Of a stretch of DNA of 64,000 nt, positions 54,898 to 64,000 are shown one piece after another. The DNA is taken from assembly GCA_027050205.1 (NCBI GenBank), contig JALUCS010000118.1, positions 4,382 through 68,381 of the forward strand. Direction: 5' to 3'. The position numbers and the translations under genes were made by a program. The notes under the pieces are model-generated. The model did no database searches. It saw only the letters and a list, made by a program, of their open reading frames with translations, and had not been told where the DNA came from. This DNA comes from a candidate division WOR-3 bacterium. GTDB taxonomy: Bacteria; Hydrothermota; Hydrothermia; LBFQ01. How positions within the stretch are numbered: position 1 is the stretch's first letter; each line of letters opens with the position of its first letter.

Positions 54898-56115
54898 TTG
54901 AAACACATCAGGGACCCGATATACGCCGAGTTCGTAGAGTTGGACGACCTCGCCCTTAGGGTGGTATCCCACCCCTACTTCCAGAGGATGCGGCGGATAA
55001 AGCACCTCGGCCTCGCTCACTACGTCTATCCGGGGGCCACCCACACCCGGTTCTCCCACATGCTCGGAGCCTACCACCTCGCCACCAAGTTCCTAAGGAA
55101 CTTCAAGAGGAAGGGCTACGATGTGGCGGAGCTTTACGACCCCATAAGGATGGCCGCCCTCCTCCACGACGTCGGCCACACCTCCCTATCCCATGCCCTT
55201 GAATTTACCGTCCTCCCCTTCCGCCACGAGGAGATGGGTAAGGCCATAATAAACCTGAAGTTCAGGGAGGTCCTCGGAGACTACCTGACGGAGCAGGTCC
55301 TGGCCATATACGACAGGAAGACGGAGCCTTTCGCCCGCGAGATGGTGGAGAGCCAGATGGACGTAGACCGCCTGGACTACCTCCGTAGGGACGCGTACTA
55401 CTGCGGCGTAGATTACGGCCTCGTAGATGTTGAGAGGATAATCCAAACGAGCGAACTCTACCCCTCGCCCCAGGGCCGAACCCTCGTGATAGTGGAAAAG
55501 GGGATGTTTGCCGTTGAGAGCTACATAATAGCCCGCTACCTGATGTACTGGTCCGTATATTACCACAAGACCAACCTCGGCTTTCAGGCCCTCCTCTTCA
55601 GCCTATTCCGCAGGGCCAGGGAGGTATCCGGAGAGGTCTGGATGCCCGACCCCCTCCGCAGGGTCATGGGAGCAGCAACCCCGGAGGAGGCCGTTGAAGA
55701 CTTCTACCGGGTGGATGACCCCCTCGTCCTATACACGATGCACGTCTGGTCGGAGGGAAAGGACCCCATACTCGCCGACCTCTCCCACCGGATCCTCAAC
55801 AGGAACCGCTTCAAGGCCATAGAAATAACCGGACCCTTCATAGACACGTACGAGAGGCTGTCTAACGTGTGCGAGGATGTCGGCATGGACCCCCGCTACT
55901 ACATCGTTGAGAGGACCCCGAAGGATGTGGCCTACTCCCCCTACGACCCCCACTCCGAAGAGCATATAAAGGTCCTAAAAGACGGCCGTCTGAAGGAGCT
56001 GTCCTCCGTTATGCCGACGGACACCCTCAAAAGCCTATCCCGTGAGGTGATGCGGAAGTACCTGTTCGTCCCCGAAGAGTGTTGGCACCGCTACCGATCC
56101 AGTTCCCTGCGGTAG
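54898..56115 (+). CDS. HD-domain phosphohydrolase (dGTPase/SAMHD1-like superfamily)
   Basis: HTRFSHMLGAYHLA....LLHDVGHTSLSHALE (HD motif). TTG start codon. N-terminal IRDPIY. Confidence 0.75.
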   Translation: MKHIRDPIYAEFVELDDLALRVVSHPYFQRMRRIKHLGLAHYVYPGATHTRFSHMLGAYHLATKFLRNFKRKGYDVAELYDPIRMAALLHDVGHTSLSHALEFTVLPFRHEEMGKAIINLKFREVLGDYLTEQVLAIYDRKTEPFAREMVESQMDVDRLDYLRRDAYYCGVDYGLVDVERIIQTSELYPSPQGRTLVIVEKGMFAVESYIIARYLMYWSVYYHKTNLGFQALLFSLFRRAREVSGEVWMPDPLRRVMGAATPEEAVEDFYRVDDPLVLYTMHVWSEGKDPILADLSHRILNRNRFKAIEITGPFIDTYERLSNVCEDVGMDPRYYIVERTPKDVAYSPYDPHSEEHIKVLKDGRLKELSSVMPTDTLKSLSREVMRKYLFVPEECWHRYRSSSLR

Positions 56116-56609
56116 GGGAAGGTGCGGCGGTACCGGTACAGGATCCTCATCTGTATGTCCCGGAGCCTGTACTCCCCGTGGACGACGTCGTACACCCAAC
56201 CGGCGAAGTTAAGGAACATCCCCACACCGAATATACCGGCGTTAAGCCTTAAGGTGTTGGGGTCCAAACTCTCTATTGATCGTGGGACGCCGAAGTACAT
56301 CACGTAGCCCATCATAGCGAATCCGAGGAGCCGAACGGTGGCGCTTATGAACCCCCCGGTGCGGTCGTAGGTGATGAAGTGTATGTACCCCGGCAGGAGG
56401 GTGGACCACATCCGATCCCAGTAGTCTATGCGGAGTTGGAGGTACTTGAAATCTTCATAAGTCATACTGTCGGGGAGGATGGGGAGGAGGTTATAGACGC
56501 CGAAGGTGTCCTCCACCACCCTTAGGGAGTCCTTTACGACTATACGGACGTCTTTGGGAAAGGTTGGCGCTCGGACAACGCCGGAGATTGTCAGTAGGAC
56601 GGTTAGCAT
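56091..56609 (-). CDS. Hypothetical protein (172 aa)
   Basis: ORF with moderately protein-like composition. It overlaps the HD gene's 3' end by 25 nt. Confidence 0.3.
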   Translation of the reverse strand: MLTVLLTISGVVRAPTFPKDVRIVVKDSLRVVEDTFGVYNLLPILPDSMTYEDFKYLQLRIDYWDRMWSTLLPGYIHFITYDRTGGFISATVRLLGFAMMGYVMYFGVPRSIESLDPNTLRLNAGIFGVGMFLNFAGWVYDVVHGEYRLRDIQMRILYRYRRTFPYRRELDR

Positions 56610-56612
56610 CCC

Positions 56613-57500
56613 TTAGAGGCGGTAGATGTGGGCCTTCACCTCTTTGAAGCCGAGGTCCTTGACGAAACCGTGCTTTATGGCCGGGATCTCCAGGACGACG
56701 CCGGAGCGGGAGTACTCGTAGATGTACCTCCAGATGGTTAGCATACTTTCTTCTTCGGGGACGGTGTTTATTATGACGTATATTCCCCTGTCGGTGTCCA
56801 GCAGGACCATGTAGCCTATGACCTTATCCCTCTTGCGGGCCTCTAGGATCCGCACGTCATCCCTGTGGGCGGCGAGGACGGACTTGAGGGCGAATTCCCT
56901 TTCGGGGGAGAGATTGTAGGAGAAGGTTAGGACATCGTCCAGCTTGGTGAAGTCGTGGAGCTCCACCGTCAGCCTCATCTTCTTCTTCATCCCCTCAAAG
57001 GCCGTTATGAAGGTCTTGGCCCTCTGACGGTAGAGGTGTTCAAGGGGGTCCCCCTTCAACTTAGTCCGGAGTATCCTAACGGTACTTATGGGGGTACCCA
57101 TCTTTGAGACGTAGGTGTGGGTGGGGGAATCCTCCCGTATCGGTCCCACTATGACGTTGTCGTAGTTGGCCTTAGTGTAGTCCAGGAAGGCGTTTAGGAC
57201 CTCACCCCGATGGGCGGGGTCTACGGAGAAGTCGGAGTACGGGGCGAATATGGGATCAAAGACTGGAAGTATGAGGGTTCCCCTGCTCCCGTAGTACGAG
57301 CCGGAGAAGTAGCCCAGGGGCTGCCCGTTGGAGACCATCCAGAAGCTCGGTTCCCCTCCGGTGTACTCGGCCGAGAGGATCGCCCACTTCGGAGATGCGA
57401 AGATCACCGTGTTAAGGCTCTTGCGATAGATCTCTTCCCACGGCTTGAGGTGTTCGTAGGCGTTTATCCTTTCAATCTCCAGCTTCATAGGTTTGAACAT
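56613..57500 (-). CDS. GNAT-fold acyltransferase (Acetyltransf_6 / FemAB / BioF2-like), tentative
   Basis: The C-terminal IGYMVLLDTDRGIYVIINTV block resembles an acyl-CoA N-acyltransferase core. Not certain. Confidence 0.4.
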   Translation of the reverse strand: MFKPMKLEIERINAYEHLKPWEEIYRKSLNTVIFASPKWAILSAEYTGGEPSFWMVSNGQPLGYFSGSYYGSRGTLILPVFDPIFAPYSDFSVDPAHRGEVLNAFLDYTKANYDNVIVGPIREDSPTHTYVSKMGTPISTVRILRTKLKGDPLEHLYRQRAKTFITAFEGMKKKMRLTVELHDFTKLDDVLTFSYNLSPEREFALKSVLAAHRDDVRILEARKRDKVIGYMVLLDTDRGIYVIINTVPEEESMLTIWRYIYEYSRSGVVLEIPAIKHGFVKDLGFKEVKAHIYRL

Positions 57501-57538
57501 GTACGTTTATATTTTAAGGCTGAAGGGGGAGGGATGGC

Positions 57539-58675
57539 TCACAGGTGGACACCGAACCTCTCCGCGAACGCCCTCTTGAACTCTTCGGGTGAAGGGTGTT
57601 TCTGCAGCATCCGCCAGATCTCTATCTTCTTGAGGGCCTGCGGTAGGTCCTTGGGCATACTCCTCATAGCACGGGTGACCAACCTATGCAGCTCGTCCAT
57701 TTCCCTCTCGTAGGTGCGTCCGAACTCCTCCGGGGTTATCCTCCTCTCCTCACCGGACGGCGGAAGGAGGACGAGGGTATCCTTCCCCTCACGGTAGGCG
57801 AAGGTTATGCCGTACTGCCTACCTATGGCCTTTATTATCTCCTTAGGTAGCTCCTCGGCTGCATCCGTGTATAGGAGGGCGTAGATGACCTTCTTCAGAT
57901 CCACCGTCAAAGCCCAAACTTCCCGTCCCCTGATCCAAAACCGCACCAGAGCGAAGAGGGGGAAGAGGAGGGCGAAGGTCCCCCTGACGCCGATGAACTT
58001 CCGACGGACCCTCTCAAACTCTCCCTGAAGGGGGGCGCCAAAGTCCTTCAGGGCCTTTAGAAAGCCGTACCTATCCTCCTCCCCCGGAACGTAGATTATG
58101 GAGAAGCCCATAGCCCTGACCGGGAGGGTCACGTCCTCCTCACTTCTACCGACCTCTTCCCGCTCCGCCGGGAGATGCTGATGCTCACCTGCTATCAACG
58201 ATAGGACCAAGCTCTTAGGAGGCGTTTCTGCCTCTTCCGAGGCGGAGGGCGGGGGGGATACCTTCCTCCTAAGTACGTCCAAAGCAAACATCTCGGCCAC
58301 CTTCCAATCCTCCGCCTCCTCCACTTCAACTTCCACCTCCCACCCGCTCCGATTCGCCTCGGTTAGTACGGTCTTAAGAACGTTCTCGGTGTATTCTACG
58401 AGGTGTTGTAGATACCTCTCCCCGTACTTCTCTGCTGCTCTACGGAAGGCGTTTCCTCCCTCGGTTATCCACTTCTCTTCCCCTTTGTTGAACAGCCCTT
58501 CCCACCAGGGTTCCTTTACCAGAAAACTGGTCGCGTAGAGGGGCTTTCCCCTGTACAGATACACCGTAAGGAGAGGATCGCCGAAGAGCTTCCTCTTAAC
58601 GGCCATCAACCCACTCTTCCTGTCTTTTGCGAGTTCCCTTATAGCCCCCCCTATATCATCGTAAAGGGTCTTCAC
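57539..58675 (-). CDS. Hypothetical protein (378 aa)
   Basis: Protein-like ORF. No motif recognised. Confidence 0.5.
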   Translation of the reverse strand: MKTLYDDIGGAIRELAKDRKSGLMAVKRKLFGDPLLTVYLYRGKPLYATSFLVKEPWWEGLFNKGEEKWITEGGNAFRRAAEKYGERYLQHLVEYTENVLKTVLTEANRSGWEVEVEVEEAEDWKVAEMFALDVLRRKVSPPPSASEEAETPPKSLVLSLIAGEHQHLPAEREEVGRSEEDVTLPVRAMGFSIIYVPGEEDRYGFLKALKDFGAPLQGEFERVRRKFIGVRGTFALLFPLFALVRFWIRGREVWALTVDLKKVIYALLYTDAAEELPKEIIKAIGRQYGITFAYREGKDTLVLLPPSGEERRITPEEFGRTYEREMDELHRLVTRAMRSMPKDLPQALKKIEIWRMLQKHPSPEEFKRAFAERFGVHL

Positions 58676-58724
58676 CGAACGGATATGTTAAAGCCGTTAA
58701 CCTTCCGTATGGGGAAAGGACCAA

Positions 58725-59858
58725 CTACCCCCTGGCCAGCTCTACGGCCATCTTTGCCCCCTCGGACATAGTCTCGGCCGTCTTCAGGGGCAGGCCGGAC
58801 TCGGCCAGCATCTTCCGACCTATCTCCTCGTTGGTGCCGGTCAGCCTCACCACCACGGGGACCCTAACGTCCATCGTCCTGAAGGCCTCTATGAGGCCGG
58901 CGGCTATGTCGTCGCAACGGGTTATTCCGCCGAAGATGTTTATGAAGACCACCTTCACGTTGGGGTCCCGCAGGATTATGTCCATGGCCTTCTTGACCTT
59001 CTCCGGGTTGGAGGAGCCTCCTACGTCAAGGAAGTTGGCCGGCTCACCGCCCCAGTACTTTATGACGTCCATAGTGGCCATGGCCAGACCGGCCCCGTTC
59101 ACCATACACCCTATGTTCCCGTCAAGCTTCACGAAGGAGAGGCCAGCCTCCTTCGCCTCCTCCTCTTCGGGGTTGACGTAGTCCATGTCCTTGTACTGGA
59201 GGAGGTCCGGGTGGCGGAAGAGGGCGTTGTCGTCCAGTATAATCTTGGCATCCACGGCTACGAGGTCGTTGTCGCCGGTGACGACGAGGGGGTTTATCTC
59301 GGCGAGCTGGGCGTCCGTGGCGAAGTAGGCCTCGGAGAGCTTCTGGTATATCCCCGCCGCCTTCAGGGCGAGTTTGTTGTCCTCAAAGACGCTGAAGGCC
59401 AGTTCCCTCGCCTCGTAGGGCTTTAGGGGTTCGGTGATGTATCTCTTCACGATGGCTTCGGGTTTGGTCCGGGCTATCTCCTCTATATCCACGCCCCCCT
59501 CCTTGGAGGTTATGAAGACGGCCTTAGAGGTGCGCCTGTCAAGGGTGACGCTGACGTAGTACTCCTTGGCTATGTCCACGGCCTCGGTTATCAGGATCTT
59601 CTTGACCTTTATGCCCTTTATGGTGAGATTCAGGATCTCCTCCGCCTTTTTAACGGCATCCTCGTAGTCCTTGGCGAGTTTTACGCCGCCAGCCTTACCG
59701 CGGCCACCGACGGGTACCTGTGCCTTTATGACGACGGGGTACTTGGCCTCCTTGAGTATCTCCTTAGCCTCCTCTACGGTGCGGGCGAGTTTCCCTGTCT
59801 GGGTCGGGATTCCGAACTTCTTGAAGACCTCTTTGGATGCCCACTCAAGCAGTTTCAT
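58725..59858 (-). CDS. sucC: Succinate--CoA ligase beta subunit-like ATP-grasp protein
   Basis: The N-terminus aligns with SucC (EYQAKQ-like EWASKEVFKKFGIPT; VVIKAQVPVGGRGKAGGVKL). No alpha subunit is adjacent. Confidence 0.8.
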   Translation of the reverse strand: MKLLEWASKEVFKKFGIPTQTGKLARTVEEAKEILKEAKYPVVIKAQVPVGGRGKAGGVKLAKDYEDAVKKAEEILNLTIKGIKVKKILITEAVDIAKEYYVSVTLDRRTSKAVFITSKEGGVDIEEIARTKPEAIVKRYITEPLKPYEARELAFSVFEDNKLALKAAGIYQKLSEAYFATDAQLAEINPLVVTGDNDLVAVDAKIILDDNALFRHPDLLQYKDMDYVNPEEEEAKEAGLSFVKLDGNIGCMVNGAGLAMATMDVIKYWGGEPANFLDVGGSSNPEKVKKAMDIILRDPNVKVVFINIFGGITRCDDIAAGLIEAFRTMDVRVPVVVRLTGTNEEIGRKMLAESGLPLKTAETMSEGAKMAVELARG

Positions 59859-59959
59859 AAGCGGATATTATAGTCTCGTAAGGGGGTACGAACGCCTCCG
59901 TAAAGGTAAATGGAGGTTCGCCGTCTCCCAAACCCCTCCTCAAGGGTATAATTCCCGTA

Positions 59960-60490
59960 ATGTTAGCCCTACTCCTTTTGAGCCAGGTGAATACGGAGGT
60001 GAATCCGCCGGAGCATGGCGAGACCATCAAGAACGCCTACGGTGTCTTCCTTAGCGGGTACTATGGCAAGCGGATAGGTTCCTTCGGAGCCGGTGGTGGC
60101 CCGATGGTGGCCATAGGGAACTGGTACGAGCCTCTGGCCTTCCTCATAACAGCCCATGGCATATACTCCCCGGACAGCGGTACGGGCTTCGCCCTTGACT
60201 TCTCAACCCGCATCCCCGTCCTCGGTCAGAGGGAGTTCACCCAGTCCAACGGTACCTTCGCGTACCTATCCTTCGGTCTGGGTATAATGGGGGTTCCGGG
60301 GATAGTGGAGCAGAACTTCAACTTCTACAAGCTCCGCCCGGACGTCCTCCTCGGCGCTGGCTTTGAGTGGGCGGTCTCCCCGGAGGTCTCCATCCTGGCC
60401 CAGGTCCGGTACGACATCCTCGGTGTGAGGGACTGGATTAAGGAGAACCTCGTAGTGGCCCACCTGGGGCTTCTGATTTACGGGAGGTAG
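59960..60490 (+). CDS. Outer-membrane beta-barrel protein (OmpW/OmpA-like barrel), hypothetical
   Basis: Signal-like N-terminus. Alternating hydrophobic beta-strand pattern. Aromatic-rich C-terminal strand. Confidence 0.5.
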   Translation: MLALLLLSQVNTEVNPPEHGETIKNAYGVFLSGYYGKRIGSFGAGGGPMVAIGNWYEPLAFLITAHGIYSPDSGTGFALDFSTRIPVLGQREFTQSNGTFAYLSFGLGIMGVPGIVEQNFNFYKLRPDVLLGAGFEWAVSPEVSILAQVRYDILGVRDWIKENLVVAHLGLLIYGR

Positions 60491-60498
60491 CCTCCCCC

Positions 60499-61431
60499 TT
60501 GAGGGAGAGGGTGTTGGGAGGTCTCCTCGGCCATGCTATAGGGGATGCCATCGGTTTCCCCTACGAGGGGGTGAGCAGGGAGGTCTTGAGGCGGAGGCCA
60601 GTTGAAGGTATGCCAGCGGTGGTGAGGGTGTCGGACGATACCGCCCTTATGCTATGCACGGCCCGGAACCTGTGCGAGGTCGGGGTAGACCCGGAGGACC
60701 TCGCACGCCGCTTCGTTGGATGGTTGGAGAGGGGGGAATGTACCCCGGACGGTGCGGCCATAGGGGTGGGGAGGACGACCTACGAGGCCATAAAACGGAT
60801 AGCCTCCGGCACCCCTCCCCTCCTCGCCGGGGGAAGGGGGGAAAGGGACAACGGCAACGGCTCCCTCATGAGGATGCTCCCCTTGGTGTTCTACCTCTAC
60901 GGGAGGCCATCGGAGGAGCTCCTTGAGGTGATCGGGGCTTACTCCTCCGTAACCCACGCCCACCGGAGGAGCGTCATAGCCTGCCACATCTACGTCCTCT
61001 TCGGCATAAACCTCTGCAGCGGCCTGAACCTTGAGGAGGCCCTCGGTAGGACGGTGGAGGAGGTAAGGAGGGTGTGGGAGGGGGACGGGGAACTCGGCCA
61101 TTACTCCCGGATACTGGACGGCTCTATAGTTAAGGTACCGGAGGAGGAGGTGGTGTCCAACGGCTACGTCATACATACCCTTGAGGCCACCCTCTGGACC
61201 CTGTTCCGGACGTCCTCCTTTAGGGAGGCCGTCTTGCGGGCCGTCAACCTCGGTGGGGACACGGACACCGTCGCCGCCCTCGTCGGTGGGCTGGCTGGGA
61301 TCCTGTACGGGATCGGAGGGATACCGGAGGAGTGGGTGCGGGCCGTCCCCTTGAGGGAGGAGTTGGAGAGCCTCGCCCTGTGCCTGTTCGGGTTCTGTCG
61401 GGGGGAGGGGGTTTCAGGAACTGAAAGTTGA
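60499..61431 (+). CDS. ADP-ribosylglycohydrolase family protein (DraG-like)
   Basis: N-terminal LLGHAIGDAIGFPYEG, and the C-terminal GGDTDTVAALVGGLAG (the metal-binding Asp/Thr motif). Confidence 0.8.
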   Translation: MRERVLGGLLGHAIGDAIGFPYEGVSREVLRRRPVEGMPAVVRVSDDTALMLCTARNLCEVGVDPEDLARRFVGWLERGECTPDGAAIGVGRTTYEAIKRIASGTPPLLAGGRGERDNGNGSLMRMLPLVFYLYGRPSEELLEVIGAYSSVTHAHRRSVIACHIYVLFGINLCSGLNLEEALGRTVEEVRRVWEGDGELGHYSRILDGSIVKVPEEEVVSNGYVIHTLEATLWTLFRTSSFREAVLRAVNLGGDTDTVAALVGGLAGILYGIGGIPEEWVRAVPLREELESLALCLFGFCRGEGVSGTES

Positions 61432-61520
61432 ACTTCAAGGGATTGGAACCGGCATTTGGGATTACACTACTTTGAGTTCCGAAAGGGGTTCGGGCGCCGA
61501 TGGGGTCTCTCACTTTCAAG

Positions 61521-61600
61521 GCCGAAACGCCGCTGAAAGGTCTTTGAACGGTCCAGTCAAGGGAAAGGCTCGTACGGGAATGGGGCGGTTTGACATCGGC
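61521..61600. repeat. Copy B of the repeated noncoding element (see 10164-10230)
   Basis: GCCGAAACGCCGCTGAAAGGTCTTTGAACGG..AAGGGAAAGGCTCGTACGGGAATGGGGCGGTTTGACATCGG is homologous to copy A. A third partial copy (AAGGGAAAGGCTCGTA) lies at 61929-61945. Confidence 0.5.
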
Positions 61601-62179
61601 TGCGTATCCGCAAAACGCCTCGTTATCCTCGGTGTGAATTTTAGTATCACACCTTCAAGTTATCATATGCATCAATTTTTGGACGAAATTTTGTTATACA
61701 AAACCAAAAATCCTGCAAAACTGCAATATTTTTGGATGATGGGCCGAATATTGCAATGCCCGACCTTGTGGTGCATTCCAAGATCGGCTACGGCATCCCT
61801 CCTCTAAGGTCCGGGTATTACGCCGATAGAACGGGCATTCAGAAGTCGCAATTGGACTTCCAAAAATCGGGTATTACGCTGATGGGGTGATAGCCTACCT
61901 GTCAAACCGAAGCCCGACCAAGGGAAAGGCTCGTATAGGGGGTAGAACAGGGTTCCATTCAAAATCGGCCGAATACACCGGATAGGATTCCACCGATGGA
62001 ATGACGATTACTCTATGGACCCATCAAATGGGAAAATACTACACATTTTCGTTATTTTTGTGAAAAATTTCTACATCTTATACCGTTTTTATCCATATCC
62101 CAAAGATGAGGAAGTGATGTTAGAAGTCCTATGTGGATTCGGACAGCGGATAGGTATCCCCCTACGCAAGTTTGAACGC

Positions 62180-63067
62180 CTACCCCGACCGGCCGAAGGC
62201 CAGAGAGCGAATGAGGGATCGGGCGGAGGCTACGTCCTCCTCTATCTGCTTTTTCAAGGCCTCCACCGACGGGAACTTCCTCGGCGGCCTCAATCGGGCG
62301 ACGAACTCCACGGTCAGGGAAGACGGTACGTCCCCCTCGTAATCCAGTACGTGGGCCTCTACGCTTCGGGTGAAGCCGAGGGTGGGACGGGGGCCGATGT
62401 GCATCACCGCCCACCTAAGGAGTTGAGGGACGAAGACCACATAGACCCCATCGGCCGGTACCAGTTTCTCCGGTGGTACCTCAAGGTTGGCCGTGGGGAA
62501 GCCTATCTCCCTACCCTTCCCCATCCCCCTCACCACCCTACCGCTAAGGCTGTAGTACCTTCCGAGGAAGCGGGCCGCCTCCTCCACCTTTCCCTCCTTG
62601 AGTAGCCCCCTGACGAGGGAGGAGCTGACCACCTTGCCGTCCATTACGAACGGTGGGAAGAGGTGAAGCTCCACGGGGTACTCCCCTATGTGGTTTATTA
62701 TCCACTCCGGGGAACCCTCTCTCCCCCTGCCGAAACGGTGGTTGAAGCCCATTAGGATCCGCCTGACGTGGAAGTGGGTTATGAGGACGTCCATAAACTC
62801 ACCGGCCGTAAGGGACTTGTGTTCCCTCTCAAGGAGGAGGGCGGCGTCTATGCCCATGCCCTTCAGGGCGGCGAGTTTCTCCTTCGGTGTAAAGAGGAGG
62901 TCCCTATCCAAGGACGGGTGGGTACGGAAGGTCACGACCATACCCCTGTAAGGGGAGGAGAGGCACTCCTTTAGGATCTTCCGATGGGCTACGTGGAGTC
63001 CGTCAAAGGAGCCGACGGCGGCGCAGGTCGGCCTTGGGCTGTAGTCCTGCGGCCTAAGGATTTTCAC
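62180..63067 (-). CDS. ribF: Bifunctional riboflavin kinase / FMN adenylyltransferase
   Basis: N-terminal AVGSFDGLHVAHRKIL (FAD synthetase motif). C-terminal GREIGFPTANL (riboflavin kinase). Confidence 0.85.
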   Translation of the reverse strand: MKILRPQDYSPRPTCAAVGSFDGLHVAHRKILKECLSSPYRGMVVTFRTHPSLDRDLLFTPKEKLAALKGMGIDAALLLEREHKSLTAGEFMDVLITHFHVRRILMGFNHRFGRGREGSPEWIINHIGEYPVELHLFPPFVMDGKVVSSSLVRGLLKEGKVEEAARFLGRYYSLSGRVVRGMGKGREIGFPTANLEVPPEKLVPADGVYVVFVPQLLRWAVMHIGPRPTLGFTRSVEAHVLDYEGDVPSSLTVEFVARLRPPRKFPSVEALKKQIEEDVASARSLIRSLAFGRSG

Positions 63068-64000
63068 CTTCCACCTCGTAGGTGGAGTAGTAGGCCTTAC
63101 CTAACTCCTCGCGGAGGAGAAGGAGGCCCTTCCCCGGCCCGTACTTAACGTTCAGGACGGGGTCCTCCAGGGTGCGACCTATCCGCTCGTAGGGCAGGTT
63201 CCTCCGGGAGAGGTAGACCTCCAGTTCCCTCGGCATGGACGTGGTGAGTACCACCTTGGGGACGGTCTCGGAGAAGAGGTCGCCCAGACCGTCTACGGAT
63301 ACGTCCAGACCCCCCTCACCGAGGAGTACCATCTCCGATAGGGCGGCGAACAGTCCCCCTTCGGAAACGTCGTGGGCGTTTATGACGAGTCCGAGCTTGA
63401 TCATCTCGGAGAGGGCGGAGATGAGGTCCCGGAGGTAGTGGAGGTCGTAGTTGTGGGCCTCCGGTTTCCGGTAGTACCTGTACAGGACGTTCTCGTCTAT
63501 ATCCTCAAGGGGGAACTCCTCAAGGAGGGCCGAGAGGAACTCGCTCCCTCCGAGGTCAAAGAGGTTGGCGGGGAAGCCAACCGTATAGACGTAGAGGTCG
63601 CTCCTGTTTATGCCAACCTTAGGGACGGAGAAGACGTCCCTAACCAACCCCACGGCCCCCACTATGAGGGTGGGGAACACCTTCTTGCCCTCCGTCTCGT
63701 TGTAGAGGCTGACGTTTCCGGATACGACGGGTATGCCGAAGAATCGGGCGAAGTCCCCCAGACCTTTCAGGGCTTCCTGGAGGCTGTAGTAGGTGTCGGG
63801 GTCCTCCGGTGAGGGGAAGTTGACCCCATCCGTGAAACCTATCACCTCCCCACCGCCAAGGACGACGTTGAGGACGGACTCAAGGGCTACCTTCTGGGCG
63901 CCCCAGTAGGGATCAATGGCGAGGTACTTCCCGTTGCCGTCCACACTTACGGCGATGGCGTAGTTCTTCCCCTTTATGCGTATGACGGCGGCGTCCCCGC
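63054..64000 (-). CDS. purL: Phosphoribosylformylglycinamidine synthase subunit PurL (C-terminal part; the N-terminus lies beyond the window end)
   Basis: The frame is open to the window edge. The translation GDAAVIRIKGKNYAIAVSVDGNGKYLAIDPYWGA plus later AIR-synthase-related C-domain blocks fits FGAM synthase II. The track start at 63944 is just the first in-frame GTG. Confidence 0.8.
   Translation of the reverse strand, partial: GDAAVIRIKGKNYAIAVSVDGNGKYLAIDPYWGAQKVALESVLNVVLGGGEVIGFTDGVNFPSPEDPDTYYSLQEALKGLGDFARFFGIPVVSGNVSLYNETEGKKVFPTLIVGAVGLVRDVFSVPKVGINRSDLYVYTVGFPANLFDLGGSEFLSALLEEFPLEDIDENVLYRYYRKPEAHNYDLHYLRDLISALSEMIKLGLVINAHDVSEGGLFAALSEMVLLGEGGLDVSVDGLGDLFSETVPKVVLTTSMPRELEVYLSRRNLPYERIGRTLEDPVLNVKYGPGKGLLLLREELGKAYYSTYEVEGENP

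Noticed and set aside
59890-59930. CGAACGCCTCC...GGAGGTTCGCC upstream of sucC as another operator copy
   Set aside because: Only a 5-bp CCTCC/GGAGG stem plus a GAACG half-site. It does not match the TTTGAACG-N6-CGTTCAAA architecture.

Overview
This 64 kb window is chromosomal DNA from a moderately GC-rich (~58%) bacterium. Its proteins are strongly K/E/R/V/I/Y-biased and use AGG/AGA arginine codons, which points to a thermophile. About 70 protein genes, packed and often overlapping, fill both strands. There is one tRNA, no rRNA and no CRISPR array. Core genes I can place include sbcC (5' partial) and sbcD, panC, an archease, ispE, a SpoIID-like gene, a PstA-like permease, thiC, rsmA, gap, a PNPOx-UbiA/MenA fusion, a NuoM-like subunit, gmk, tRNA-Leu(TAG), the ribosomal genes S14(Zn), S8, L6, L18, S5 and L30, mreB, mreC, rnpA, sfsA, lysC, sppA, fhs, a sucC-like gene, ribF and purL (partial). 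The accessory content I consider most worth following up is: (1) a 22-bp palindrome TTTGAACG-N6-CGTTCAAA that recurs three times, each ~43-46 nt upstream of a start codon, at sbcDC and around a block of seven unrecognisable ORFs (3.4-8.1 kb) that lies between sbcDC and a PolB-type exonuclease. (2) A DpnII/MboI-like restriction-modification pair whose REase gene sits in a sharply AT-rich island next to lysC. (3) A PorX-like REC-PglZ response regulator preceded by an array of at least 7 (G)TGTCTAA operator half-sites. (4) Three long (~0.7-0.8 kb) AT-rich noncoding regions, two of them between convergent genes, that share a ~70-90 nt element and carry intrinsic-terminator hairpins, suggesting unannotated sRNAs or degraded mobile elements. 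Other oddities are a spc ribosomal fragment fused directly to mreBC, rnpA without rpmH, an orphan archease, an orphan PstA-like permease, a lone sucC-like gene and a 53-aa XapX-like ORF below the ORF-track cutoff. Every family assignment rests on motif recognition in the given translations; I ran no database searches.
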